From IMG/VR virus record IMGVR_UViG_3300023174_000042, positions 124,001 to 188,000 of that record: a stretch of DNA of 64,000 nt; one strand, given 5' to 3'. A model generated the notes under the pieces. That model worked only from the letters and a program-made list of their open reading frames with translations, ran no database searches and was not told the origin of the DNA. The translations under genes were made by a program, and so were the position numbers. Position 1 is the first letter of the stretch, and the number at the start of each line of letters is the position of its first letter. This document shows positions 20,526 through 30,575 of this stretch, one piece after another.

Positions 20526-20544
20526 TTATTTTTTTTTGTATAAT

Positions 20545-20576
20545 AAAAAAAAGGGACTCCGAAGAGCCCCTTTTTT
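20545..20576 (-). terminator. Intrinsic terminator with cUUCGg loop, probably bidirectional
   Basis: Minus strand GGGGCUC-UUCG-GAGUCCC-U8; A/T runs on both sides; lies between convergent genes. Confidence 0.85.
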
Positions 20577-20598
20577 GTTTTCATTAACAAGTTAATGA

Positions 20599-23466
20599 TT
20601 AAGCGTAAACACCGTAAGCAGTTACTTTACCACCAGTAGATGGAGTGTAAGTAAATACTACGTTAACACCACCTGTGATGTTGTAGTCAACACCTGCTTC
20701 TTGTAACAATCCATTGTAATAGATTGCTTCAGAATCAGTTTTAACTGAACTAGCCAAAGTGAATGCTTTGTTTGTCCCGTTAACTAAACCAGAAACAGAT
20801 ACTTTTTTGAAATATTCGTTAGTGATTTTGTTTTCGATGCTGTTCAATCCAGTAACTACTTCAGAGAAAGAGTCAATTGCAGATAGATCAGTGTTTGATA
20901 ACAAGTAAGAAACTTCAGTAGACAAGGCAGTTTCTAAAGATGATTCTGCGTCTGTCGCTCTACTTGTCTCGTTGTTAATCTTAGTATTCAACATTGAAAC
21001 GGCATCATTAATTGCAGTATCCAATGAAATATCAGCACTTAATCTTGAACTTTCTTCAACAGAAACTTGAGTGTTGATTTTGTCATTCAATTGAACAAAC
21101 AATGAAGTGTCAGCAGTTTCTCTACTAGAGATTTCAACACCAATTTTGCTTTCCAATGAATACTCAACAGATTCTCTGATGCTTTGTTCAACAGTAACTC
21201 TTCGATCAAGTTCAATTTCAATTGAATTATCGGCAGATCTTCTTTCAGATGCTTCTGAATCAATGTATTGTACCAAAGATTGATCGGCATTTTGTCTGTC
21301 ATAAATTTCAGTTGAGATTGAAGAATCTAATTTAGTTTCTAATGAATTATCTTTAGCAATTCTTGAAGACTCTTCAGCATTCAAATTAAGACCAATAGAA
21401 GTAACCGCTGATAACAACGAATTGTCATTAGCCATATCAATGCTATTAACAAAAGAAACAATTTCTGCGAATTGATCTAAATCAACCGTTGATCCATCAA
21501 GGATAGTATCAATTCTTCCTGATTCTCTTGCGATTGAGTTTGTCAATGAAAGATCTGCGCTTTCTCTATTTGCAATTTCAGAAGAAATTTTAGAGTTAAT
21601 AGAAGTTTTAGCATCTGAAATTACAGATTCTAATGAACCATCATTAGAAACTCTTGATGAAACTTCTGAAGAAATAGCAGAAGATAATTTAGAGTCGATG
21701 CTGTTTTCTCTTACGATAGCCAAAGATTCTTTTGTAGAAACTGTAGTTTCGATAGAAGCAAAACCTCTTGATACTTCACCTTCAATAGAACCTTCAACAG
21801 ATGTGTGAAGTGAACAACACTCAGAAATTTCCGCCTCCAAAGAATTATCGGCAGCAACTCTGTCTGATTCTTCAACACTCACCATAGTAATTATGATGTT
21901 ACTTAATGCATCGGTTATAAATTGTTCTTTAGATTCTCTTGTTGACACTTCAGCTTCAAGACTAGCATTGAAAGCCGCGTCATACAATTCTCTAATAGAA
22001 GCTTCTACTGAAATATCATTTCTTAATGATTCCTCAACAGATTGAGCTCTTGCCTCTTCAGCATCTACATCAGCGATTCTGTTAGAAACTTCAGTAGCCA
22101 AGTTAGAAGATAATGTTGCCTCAGCAACCATAGCTCTCGATTCTTCAGCATCTACATCAGCGATTCTGTTAGAAATTTCTGCAGTTAAATTAGACGCAAT
22201 AGACGCTTCAGCTGCCATAGCTCTTGATTCTTCAGCATTAACATCAGCAATTCTGTTAGAAATTTCAGTTGACAAATTAGATGCGATAGAACCTTCAGCG
22301 GCGATTGCTCTTGATTCTTCTGCGTCAACATCAGCAATTCTGTCAGAAATTTCATTTGTTAACTTTGTAGAAATAGATGATTCAGCGGCGATTGCTCTTG
22401 CAATTTCTGTTGATACCGCCGCTTGTCTGTTAGCAGTTTCCAAAGATAGATTTTGAGAAATAACTGACTCAACTGACGTTGCTCTTGCTTCTTCAGCATC
22501 AACATCTAAACCTCTGTTTACGATTTCAGAAGATAAATCAGACGCGATAGAAAATTCTACCGACATCGCTCTTGATTTTTCTGTAGATACCGCTACTGAT
22601 GCTGTAGATGCCAAGGTAGTGATAGCATTGTTAATGTCACCATCGGCAGATTGGAAAGCAGAAACGATTTCAGTCAATGAATCTAACGCAGCAGGATCAA
22701 CGTTAGAAATAACAAAATCAATTTTTGTGTTCAACGATGAATCAGCAGCAATACGTGCAGATGCTTCAGAATTCAAATCAGTCGCTAATGAACCTTCGGC
22801 CAACTTTGCTCTTGACTCTTCAGCATCAACATCGGCGATTCTTGCAGATGTTTCAGAAGAAATTAAGTTAGACAATGAAGTTTCAGAAGAAATTGCTCTT
22901 GAACCTTCAGCATTTAAAGAAGTTTCTAATGATAAATCACCAGCAACTCTTGAAGACGCTTCAGTAGAAACAGCGTTTGTTCTGTTAACAACTTCAGAAG
23001 ACAAGTTAGAAGAAATAGTTGCTTCAGCAACCATTGCTCTTGATTCTTCAGCGTCAACATCAGCAGTTCTGTTTACGATTTCAGTCGACAAATCAGCAGC
23101 AACTGATTGGTCACCAACAACTCTCAAAGAAGCCTCAGTAGAAACAGCAATAGTTCTGTTTGTAATTTCTGATGCTAAGTCAAAAGCAACTGATGCGTCT
23201 CCAGAAATTCTTGCAACTGTTTCAGTAGAAACTGCGTTTGTTCTGTTAACAACTTCAGAAGATAAGTTTGATTCAAGTGATAAGTCTCCAGAAACTCTTG
23301 AAGAAGCCTCACTTGAAATGTTAGTTGATAAATTGCCTAACTCTGAGTTCACGTTAGTTAAACCAAACGCGATATCACTAGCAACAATACCAACCGGGGT
23401 TGTGATCGATGGACTCGATAATACTAAGTCCGATTGTAAGTCTAAAACTATTTTAGTAGTAGCCAT
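20599..23466 (-). CDS. Long coiled-coil fibre protein (tail fibre/whisker-like)
   Basis: 29-aa repeats (LSTEISNRIADVDAEESRAMAAEASIASN), three LD(S/Q)(L/F)xE(I/V)V knobs, and a C-terminal NGTNKAFTL...YYNGLLQ domain. Confidence 0.75.
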   Translation of the reverse strand: MATTKIVLDLQSDLVLSSPSITTPVGIVASDIAFGLTNVNSELGNLSTNISSEASSRVSGDLSLESNLSSEVVNRTNAVSTETVARISGDASVAFDLASEITNRTIAVSTEASLRVVGDQSVAADLSTEIVNRTADVDAEESRAMVAEATISSNLSSEVVNRTNAVSTEASSRVAGDLSLETSLNAEGSRAISSETSLSNLISSETSARIADVDAEESRAKLAEGSLATDLNSEASARIAADSSLNTKIDFVISNVDPAALDSLTEIVSAFQSADGDINNAITTLASTASVAVSTEKSRAMSVEFSIASDLSSEIVNRGLDVDAEEARATSVESVISQNLSLETANRQAAVSTEIARAIAAESSISTKLTNEISDRIADVDAEESRAIAAEGSIASNLSTEISNRIADVNAEESRAMAAEASIASNLTAEISNRIADVDAEESRAMVAEATLSSNLATEVSNRIADVDAEEARAQSVEESLRNDISVEASIRELYDAAFNASLEAEVSTRESKEQFITDALSNIIITMVSVEESDRVAADNSLEAEISECCSLHTSVEGSIEGEVSRGFASIETTVSTKESLAIVRENSIDSKLSSAISSEVSSRVSNDGSLESVISDAKTSINSKISSEIANRESADLSLTNSIARESGRIDTILDGSTVDLDQFAEIVSFVNSIDMANDNSLLSAVTSIGLNLNAEESSRIAKDNSLETKLDSSISTEIYDRQNADQSLVQYIDSEASERRSADNSIEIELDRRVTVEQSIRESVEYSLESKIGVEISSRETADTSLFVQLNDKINTQVSVEESSRLSADISLDTAINDAVSMLNTKINNETSRATDAESSLETALSTEVSYLLSNTDLSAIDSFSEVVTGLNSIENKITNEYFKKVSVSGLVNGTNKAFTLASSVKTDSEAIYYNGLLQEAGVDYNITGGVNVVFTYTPSTGGKVTAYGVYA

Positions 23467-23505
23467 GAAAAATTGTTTTTCAAGTTTAAAAAGTGTTCTT
23501 TACAC

Positions 23506-23671
23506 CTTGATTCTAACTATTAGAAACAAGTTGGCTGATACATACAAATAATACCAGGGTGATTTTAAGAGTAAAAACACCCACTGAATATTATACTAAT
23601 TTAAATAGGAAGATAAATAAAAAGATATTAATAATTGTCGCATTATGCGACGATACTATACATATAAATAC
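23506..23671 (-). promoter_or_regulatory. Structured ~200-nt 5' leader of the coiled-coil gene, with a late element and a perfect palindrome
   Basis: TATTTAT at 23664-23670; GTCGCAT-T-ATGCGAC at 23637-23651; hairpins at 23555-23586 and 23506-23530. Confidence 0.5.
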
Positions 23672-23698
23672 TTCATAAATTTTAAAAAGTCAAAACTT

Positions 23699-23935
23699 TT
23701 ACAAATTATATAATAAATTCTTTAAGTTCTTAATAGAATTTGTGTATAAAAGAGGTTCACATGAACCGCTTTCGTTTAAATAATTATTAATTTCTTCTTG
23801 TAAACCTTCATTTTTTTCAAACACAAAAACCGCCTTATTTCTGTTTTTCTCTACGGTCATTTTGTAACCTTTGAGTTTTAAGTAAGCCCCTAAATATAAG
23901 TCCGAAGTTGTGTATTTTTCTCCTTGCTCCATCAT
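23699..23935 (-). CDS. DUF5659-like small protein
   Basis: YTTSDLYLGAYLKLKGY...AVFVF pattern; TATTTAT at 23954-23960. Confidence 0.6.
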   Translation of the reverse strand: MMEQGEKYTTSDLYLGAYLKLKGYKMTVEKNRNKAVFVFEKNEGLQEEINNYLNESGSCEPLLYTNSIKNLKNLLYNL

Positions 23936-24002
23936 TTTTTTTTATTTCTTTTTATAAATATGTTTAATTTTTAAGTTATTTAGTTTTTATGTTAATTTTA
24001 TT

Positions 24003-24788
24003 TTAATTGTATCGATATGAACAAGTAACTTTACTTGATTCAGGTGGCGATATGTTGAATGTTATAATTTTTCCGTTTATTGTATAATCATTATTTTCAC
24101 CAAAATCTTGTAATAAACCATTTAAATAAACATGCTCACTTCCTGTTTTTGGTGTTATACTTAATTCAAAAGCTTTGTTTATACCATCAACAGACCCTAT
24201 TGGATGTTCATGGTCAATAAAGTTTATTTCACTATAAGTTCTATATGAACAAAGTAACTTACTATTTGTTTTTGGAGGATTTTTAAATGTAATTGTTTTT
24301 CCACTTATTAAATAATCTAATTGGTCTCCCTTATCTTGTAAAAGACCATTATAATATAGATGTTCTGAGTTGAGTTCAGGGGTAAACCTTAAAAAAAATA
24401 TTTTGTTTACACTATCAACTGGTCCAGATATCAACTCCCTATCAATAAATGTTGATGAATTGACTCCTGGTATAATTAAATTGTTTGGTAAACTTTTTAC
24501 AATATCTAATTGAGATGATGTCAAAAAGAAAATTTCTTCCCAATCCGTAAGTTCAAAAGACCAAAAAATATTTTTTAACTTAAAAAAACGAAGACCACCT
24601 TCGATTCCGACAATCATTCCAGGTCTTCTTCTGTCGTAGGAAATCAAGTTGAGGTCCGATTCTTGATCAACATTTCTAAGACCATCAATACCATATAGCG
24701 GGTCTATAACCGCATATGTGTCAAGAGTGTCCATTGGTGAAATGAAGCCCATAATTCCAACACCACCAACTCTACTAAAATCGGACAT
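24003..24788 (-). CDS. Putative virion protein with two tandem copies of the fibre C-terminal domain
   Basis: Two G.VD..NK.F.L...P...SEH.Y.NGLLQD.G...DY.I.GK.ITF repeats, homologous to the C-terminus of 20599..23466. Confidence 0.7.
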   Translation of the reverse strand: MSDFSRVGGVGIMGFISPMDTLDTYAVIDPLYGIDGLRNVDQESDLNLISYDRRRPGMIVGIEGGLRFFKLKNIFWSFELTDWEEIFFLTSSQLDIVKSLPNNLIIPGVNSSTFIDRELISGPVDSVNKIFFLRFTPELNSEHLYYNGLLQDKGDQLDYLISGKTITFKNPPKTNSKLLCSYRTYSEINFIDHEHPIGSVDGINKAFELSITPKTGSEHVYLNGLLQDFGENNDYTINGKIITFNISPPESSKVTCSYRYN

Positions 24789-24814
24789 TTAAATTTAAAA
24801 TATACATATAATAT

Positions 24815-26305
24815 TTATTCACATAACCATACGTCAACACTAGCAGAAGTTGAAACATATGATCTATATACAGAATAAATAGTGGTATTTCCTAAATTGT
24901 CAATTAAACTTACGTCAGGTTTAGTTATTATTGGAATAACATTTCCATTACATCCCCAATTACTATTTCTAAATATTGAAGGTTGTTTACTTGTAGTTGG
25001 AATTAAAATATAAACATAACCACTTCCAGACACCACATTTAAATGTAAATTAGTGGTTTCGAAGGTTTGAACGTTATTTATAAAATTTTCGTCACCAATA
25101 TCAAAATTGACTTTTGATGATTTACCGAAATAAATTGTTGGTATAATAATAGGAGTTGTTGTTGGTGTTACTGTTGGGGTTGGTGTATTAGTTGGTGTAT
25201 TTGTCGGTGTTGTTGTAGGCGTATTAGTTGGTGTATTTGTCGGTGTTGTTGTAGGCGTATTAGTTGGAGTGTTTGTCGGTGTGGTTGTAGGTGTATTAGT
25301 TGGTGTTGGGGTATTAGTTGGGGTAATTGTCGGCGTTGGAGTATTAGTTGGAGTTGGGGTTTGTGAAGCACCAACACTTGGGGTCACCGTTGGGGTTGGT
25401 GTATTAGTTGGAGTTGGTGTATTAGTAGGTGTAGTTGTAGGTGTTGGAGTATTAGTAGGTGTATTAGTTGGTGTTGGAGTATTAGTTGGGGTAATTGTCG
25501 GTGTTGGTGTATTGGTTGGTGTATTTGTAGGTGTATTCGTTGGAGTTGGTGTGGGTGTTGGTGTTGGCAAAACTTTAATTGCTTTATCGACTACAAAATT
25601 TGTTTGAATGTTAGGATGGTCAGATTTTATGTTTTGCACAATAACGTCTTCTTTAACTTCATCAAAATCCATATCTAATGTAATCATCAAACTTTCCGAC
25701 ATGAAACCTTTTTTGATTGTTATTTCTTTTGGTATTGTAATTTTTTCATCTGACAAATCTTTTAAAACAACATCGAAAGAAATATTTATATCGTGAACTA
25801 ATACTTTGTTGATATTAACATTTGACATTACAATTACAGAACCTGGCATAATTTCAACAGATATCGAAACAATCAAATTAGGTAATGGTGTAATACAAGG
25901 ATTCCAAGTAGGTGTTGGCGTAGGTGTTAAACTAATTGTAGGTGTTGGCGTAGGTGTGGAAGTAGATGTCGGAGTTGGGCTTGGTAGTTTACATGGGTCT
26001 AATGTAGGTGTAGGAGTGTTTGTCGGTGTTGGTGTCGGTGTTAAAGTTCTTGTAGGACTTGGTGTTGGCGTAGGTGTCGGTGTAGGTCTTGGGACGTTTA
26101 AAAAATATGGACAATTTGCGTTTATCGGTTTAATTGTATATGTTCCGTAGATTTCTCTTGGCGGATATAAAAGATGAGGTTCAAATAAAAATGGTAATGT
26201 TATCTGGTCAAAGTTTAATACAACATCATCATTATCCGGTTTGAATAAGACTTCTGCCAATTCACCATCATAAAAAACACTTTTTATTAATATATTTTGG
26301 TTCAT
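24815..26305 (-). CDS. Putative virion protein with two mucin-like Thr/Pro tracts
   Basis: PTPTPT tract of about 60 aa and TPTN tract of about 140 aa separating globular domains. Confidence 0.7.
   Translation of the reverse strand: MNQNILIKSVFYDGELAEVLFKPDNDDVVLNFDQITLPFLFEPHLLYPPREIYGTYTIKPINANCPYFLNVPRPTPTPTPTPSPTRTLTPTPTPTNTPTPTLDPCKLPSPTPTSTSTPTPTPTISLTPTPTPTWNPCITPLPNLIVSISVEIMPGSVIVMSNVNINKVLVHDINISFDVVLKDLSDEKITIPKEITIKKGFMSESLMITLDMDFDEVKEDVIVQNIKSDHPNIQTNFVVDKAIKVLPTPTPTPTPTNTPTNTPTNTPTPTITPTNTPTPTNTPTNTPTPTTTPTNTPTPTNTPTPTVTPSVGASQTPTPTNTPTPTITPTNTPTPTNTPTTTPTNTPTNTPTTTPTNTPTNTPTTTPTNTPTNTPTPTVTPTTTPIIIPTIYFGKSSKVNFDIGDENFINNVQTFETTNLHLNVVSGSGYVYILIPTTSKQPSIFRNSNWGCNGNVIPIITKPDVSLIDNLGNTTIYSVYRSYVSTSASVDVWLCE
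25150..25570 (-). repeat. Coding (TPTN/TPTT)n repeat
   Basis: Includes near-exact 36-bp duplications (gtattagttggtgtatttgtcggtgttgttgtaggc). Confidence 0.9.
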
Positions 26306-26310
26306 TTTTT

Positions 26311-28497
26311 TTATGTATTAATAATTGTGTATGTGAAATCATTAGGGAAACATGTTGATAAATCACAATTTGGACAATCAGGATCAAACATAAAAAATGT
26401 GTCCCTTAATAATTTGAAATTGTGTTTTACTTCAGGAGAAGACAATGGTTCGGTGTAAAATCTAAATTGAGATATTGCCCCATCAAAAGTTCCTGCAAAA
26501 TTTTCTTCTAATAATATATGAGTTTTTAGTTTATTAAGCGATGTGTTGTTTAGAATATTTTCAGGGAAACATTCTGGATCTTGTATATATAATCCTTGTG
26601 TGGTTGCTGTGCAAGAAGATAATGTTAAATTTTCGTGAAGTCCTTGCGTTCCCCCACCCCACGAAATATTAAAAGGAACACCAACTTGTTTTTCTTTATC
26701 GGTATTTAATCCACGAGGTATTACTTCTTCAAAATCTTCTATTGTGTAAAATATGCGACCATTTATATAAATCTTTAATCGACCCATTCTAAACTTTGTG
26801 TCATCTAACCATCTTTGATTCAATTGGACAAGGGTTACGCTCAAAGGAACTTCATAACCATTTGTGTAAGGAGGTGCAATTAATGACACATCGTTATTTG
26901 CCAAGTTTTGAAGAAGTTCAACTCTTGTTATGTCATCTAATCCACCAAACCATTTTAAGTCGCAATAATCTAAATAAGTATATCTTTCCCAAACAACGTT
27001 TATTAAAAACCAATGTCTAAAATTTAACCAATTTGGATTTGTTTTCAAACAATATGGATAAATTGGTGGTGTGCAAATATCCACAATCGTATATCCTGTG
27101 GTATATGTTTGTCCTGTAACACAAGTTCCCGTTGTAATACATTCACCAGTAAGTTTAATTGCTCTTACACCAATACCAGGGTTATGTGGATCACCACACA
27201 ATCTAAACGAAATGTTATTTGATAACGCATCCCATTTTGGATCTTTTTCACAAGTGTCTTCTACTGATGAAAAAATTGTCGATGGACTCGGTGGTGGACA
27301 TCCGCACGTATCGCAACCACAATTAGGACAAGAGGTGCAACATGGAGGTGTTGGGTCACAGACTATTGTTGTGGGATATGTATCACAAGGAACGGTTGGT
27401 GTGGGAGTTGGTGTTGGAGTAGGAGTTGGAACAATTATAGAAGAACAAACGTGTTGAAAACACATCCACCCACAAGTTTCACAAGGATCTAAATTACAAC
27501 CACACCCACAAGTTAATTTAGTTTCAGGATTTCCTTTGCACAAATTACATCCGTAATTTACATGAGGATCATAAACACCGCCAATTGGTCTTGGGGGATA
27601 TACGTATATACATCTACTATTTGTGATATCGTAATCACAGCAAGCACAAGTTTCTTCACAAGTTAATTCTGATGTCACCCTTTTATAACTTGGGTCACAT
27701 TTTGGAGATCCATCGGCGTAATGATAAAATTTATTTTCCGCCCTTGTTCCCATATAAAAAAATGTGTTTTTATTATTTGGGTATATTTGATTTAATGTTG
27801 TGTATCCTGGAGGTGGCGTATATTCATCAACAAACCTTGGGTTTAATAACATTTCAACAGACCACCCTTTATTCATTCGTTCTGGTAAAATGTCATAGTC
27901 ATAACCAAATAATTTATAAAATCCTTGATAAAAACCTCCATAAAGTTCAACATATCTTCCAAAATCAGGACTGAACTTTGAAACCATTTGATATGTTGTA
28001 TATGCAGGAATCCCCGAAAAAATGTGATTAGATGGAACGTTTGTTGTTGTTTGAATAAACTTCATTCGTCTATCATAATAAAATCTATCAAATTTTTCTG
28101 TGTCATTAAATAATCCATTGGTAAAGTTTAAACTATCTCCTTTAATTCTAAAAGTTAATCCATTGTCAATTCCTGTGAGACCAACATCACATGTTGTTCC
28201 TGCACTAAAACAACTAAAATTCAAATCATCAGGTTGATAATAGTTTTCTGAAACAATTACGTTATTATAATTGTAATCACCATAGTTTAATGTTAGATTT
28301 TGTGTTGTTAAGGGGCTATTAAGATTAAGAGATATTGGTAATTTTTTTCCATTATCAATACCGATAATGTAAGGTGAGAACACAACTTCTTGGTTAAAAT
28401 CAACTTCATCAGATGCCAAAGACATATCTTGCCCGTCATAAATGACTTGCATTTTTAATTTTTGATAATTATATTGATTTATATTTTGGTATGACAT
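26311..28497 (-). CDS. Putative virion protein, LamG-like scaffold with a Cys-rich/PT insertion
   Basis: [15 protein letters not shown] and [15 protein letters not shown]; about 30 Cys in the central insert. Start set at MSYQN, downstream of TATTTAT at 28509-28515. Confidence 0.65.
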   Translation of the reverse strand: MSYQNINQYNYQKLKMQVIYDGQDMSLASDEVDFNQEVVFSPYIIGIDNGKKLPISLNLNSPLTTQNLTLNYGDYNYNNVIVSENYYQPDDLNFSCFSAGTTCDVGLTGIDNGLTFRIKGDSLNFTNGLFNDTEKFDRFYYDRRMKFIQTTTNVPSNHIFSGIPAYTTYQMVSKFSPDFGRYVELYGGFYQGFYKLFGYDYDILPERMNKGWSVEMLLNPRFVDEYTPPPGYTTLNQIYPNNKNTFFYMGTRAENKFYHYADGSPKCDPSYKRVTSELTCEETCACCDYDITNSRCIYVYPPRPIGGVYDPHVNYGCNLCKGNPETKLTCGCGCNLDPCETCGWMCFQHVCSSIIVPTPTPTPTPTPTVPCDTYPTTIVCDPTPPCCTSCPNCGCDTCGCPPPSPSTIFSSVEDTCEKDPKWDALSNNISFRLCGDPHNPGIGVRAIKLTGECITTGTCVTGQTYTTGYTIVDICTPPIYPYCLKTNPNWLNFRHWFLINVVWERYTYLDYCDLKWFGGLDDITRVELLQNLANNDVSLIAPPYTNGYEVPLSVTLVQLNQRWLDDTKFRMGRLKIYINGRIFYTIEDFEEVIPRGLNTDKEKQVGVPFNISWGGGTQGLHENLTLSSCTATTQGLYIQDPECFPENILNNTSLNKLKTHILLEENFAGTFDGAISQFRFYTEPLSSPEVKHNFKLLRDTFFMFDPDCPNCDLSTCFPNDFTYTIINT

Positions 28498-28508
28498 CTG
28501 TTTTACTA

Positions 28509-28535
28509 ATAAATACCACAAATCAAAGTATTTAT
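28509..28535. promoter_or_regulatory. Back-to-back divergent TATTTAT elements
   Basis: ATAAATA at 28509-28515 serves the minus gene; TATTTAT at 28529-28535 serves the plus gene. Confidence 0.65.
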
Positions 28536-28550
28536 TAAGAAAATTATATC

Positions 28551-29432
28551 ATGATAAAATTAAACCATGAGTATTATAACAACCCGTATTATTTCTTTTT
28601 GAAAGATAAAGGAAATAAAATTGCTGTTTATTATTCGGTTTCAAACACAATTAACGAATCAAGAGAACAAGATGATGTTATTGTTGTTGATAAAGAAGTT
28701 TTTGAAGAAATACAAAACGTTATTTCCAAAATATTAAAATCAGGAAAAAAATTAACCAAAAGACAAGTTCACAAACTTTTGGATTCCAAAGCAAAAAGAA
28801 CTGAATCACCTGATGGAGAATTGGGTGAGTTGGTAAATCCTGACGGATCTATTATCGGTTCAAGTATTCCTATCTTGAATCAAAGAAATTTGGCTAAAAA
28901 AACTATGGACCAAACTGTCCGTATGACAAAAGCAAATCAATTTCCATTTATTCGTGTTTATTATGGTGAATCAGAGGAAGGACAAAAACCTTTATCTGAA
29001 GTTGATCAATCTGAATCATTTGGCTTTGAAGAAACGGAAGATGCTCCGACTTATGATGTCGCAAACAAAATCTTAAAGAAAATGGATGTTGAAGATCCAA
29101 TTGAAAGAGATGAAAGATTAAAAAGATTTGGTTTTGACAGAAAATTAGACAAACAATTAAAACAAGAAAAAAAACGAGGAATATGTAAAAATTGTTTTAC
29201 AAAAAGAAGATTGTCCGAACTTGAAAAAGAAAAAATGGAAAAAATGATAGACGAAATTCTTATTTCAAAAAAATCAAAAGACAAAGAGGTTGTTAAAAAA
29301 CATAAAGAGGAAGACGAAAATGAAATTGTGTCAAAAATTTTAATGAGAAACATTGAAGCAATCAAAAAGTTGGCAGAAAAAGAAAATATTAGCATAGAAA
29401 AATTAATCAAACATTTAAGAGATAGTGAATAG
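28551..29432 (+). CDS. Hypothetical protein (late, charged)
   Basis: 293-aa ORF preceded by the late element. Confidence 0.6.
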   Translation: MIKLNHEYYNNPYYFFLKDKGNKIAVYYSVSNTINESREQDDVIVVDKEVFEEIQNVISKILKSGKKLTKRQVHKLLDSKAKRTESPDGELGELVNPDGSIIGSSIPILNQRNLAKKTMDQTVRMTKANQFPFIRVYYGESEEGQKPLSEVDQSESFGFEETEDAPTYDVANKILKKMDVEDPIERDERLKRFGFDRKLDKQLKQEKKRGICKNCFTKRRLSELEKEKMEKMIDEILISKKSKDKEVVKKHKEEDENEIVSKILMRNIEAIKKLAEKENISIEKLIKHLRDSE

Positions 29433-29895
29433 TAAGTTATATAATAAAACAATTACTCTACCAAAGGAGGTAACGGAATATCTACAAATATGTTTCGATG
29501 AGATTCCAAATTCCGATTCATCAATCGAGGGTCACAAAAGAAACGAGCAATTAAGAAACAGTGGATATGTCACTTATCAACAATTGGGAAGAATTAAAAA
29601 TTGGTTTGATAATTACAATGGAGACAAAACTGATGCTCCATTTATTTTGAATGGTGCTGATTATATGAAAAATTGGGTTGATCAAACAATTCAACAATTA
29701 AGAAAAAATGATTCTTTAGAAACAAGAGTTGATGATGAATTTATGCCAGAAAAAATTGATGGTAACATATCACAAGATCTTGGCCCGTATGCTGATATGA
29801 TTAGACCTTCAAAAGATCATAGCACTTTTACACAAGATGTTAGAATCAAAGAAGATGTTAACAGAATAAACCAAATAATTAAAAAAATAATTTAA
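29425..29895 (+). CDS. Hypothetical protein
   Basis: 156-aa ORF with a GTG start overlapping the previous stop. Confidence 0.6.
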   Translation: MNSKLYNKTITLPKEVTEYLQICFDEIPNSDSSIEGHKRNEQLRNSGYVTYQQLGRIKNWFDNYNGDKTDAPFILNGADYMKNWVDQTIQQLRKNDSLETRVDDEFMPEKIDGNISQDLGPYADMIRPSKDHSTFTQDVRIKEDVNRINQIIKKII

Positions 29896-29896
29896 G

Positions 29897-30181
29897 ATGC
29901 AAACAGAAAGATTAGATTTTAGTCAACCCGCAAATGATTTAACAGCAATTGCTGATTTGCAAAGAAAAAGTTTGATAGTAAAAAATGATTACAAAACCGT
30001 AAATCCTTATTCTGCTGTTAATCCCGATGCGTTATCTGATGGTGATGAATCAGGAAAAGGAACTGGAGTTTTTCTTGACACAATAAATGGGGGATCTTCT
30101 ACAGATATTATTGAAAGAAAAAATGAAATCAAAGTAAACGAATATCAACCAAACAAACCATACACTACTCCATCGGCATAA
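29897..30181 (+). CDS. Hypothetical protein
   Basis: 94-aa ORF, tightly packed in the operon. Confidence 0.6.
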   Translation: MQTERLDFSQPANDLTAIADLQRKSLIVKNDYKTVNPYSAVNPDALSDGDESGKGTGVFLDTINGGSSTDIIERKNEIKVNEYQPNKPYTTPSA

Positions 30182-30561
30182 TGAAACTTTACAACACCCT
30201 TAATAATCTTATATTAGAGGTAGCATCAAGGGATCAAATTATTGATGCTATAAAAAATAAAAAAGTTTGTGTAATCTATTACAACGGAGATGAACCGGGT
30301 GGACGAGGGTTAAGGGTTATTGAACCAGTTGCTTTTGGAAACACAAAAAGGGGAAATCCCGTTTTAAGGGCGTGGGATAGGGAAGGTGCTTCACATACAG
30401 GGTATTTAGGAAAAAAACCTTTACCTGGTTGGAGGTTTTTTAGAATTGATAAAATGCAATTTATAAGACCAACTCAAGAAACCTTTGACACACCAAGACC
30501 AAATTATAACCCAAATGGGGATAAAAGTATGGAAAGAGTAATAATAAACGCAGTATTTTAA
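30181..30561 (+). CDS. Stand-alone WYL-like domain protein
   Basis: AIKNKKVCVIYY...RVIEPVAFG...LRAW...WRFFRIDKM matches the WYL pattern. Confidence 0.65.
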   Translation: MKLYNTLNNLILEVASRDQIIDAIKNKKVCVIYYNGDEPGGRGLRVIEPVAFGNTKRGNPVLRAWDREGASHTGYLGKKPLPGWRFFRIDKMQFIRPTQETFDTPRPNYNPNGDKSMERVIINAVF

Positions 30562-30575
30562 TAATTTAAATTAAT

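Noticed and set aside
22619-23551. 310-aa plus-strand ORF
   Set aside because: Stop-free antisense frame of the Ser/Ala/Glu-rich coiled-coil gene, with no independent motif.
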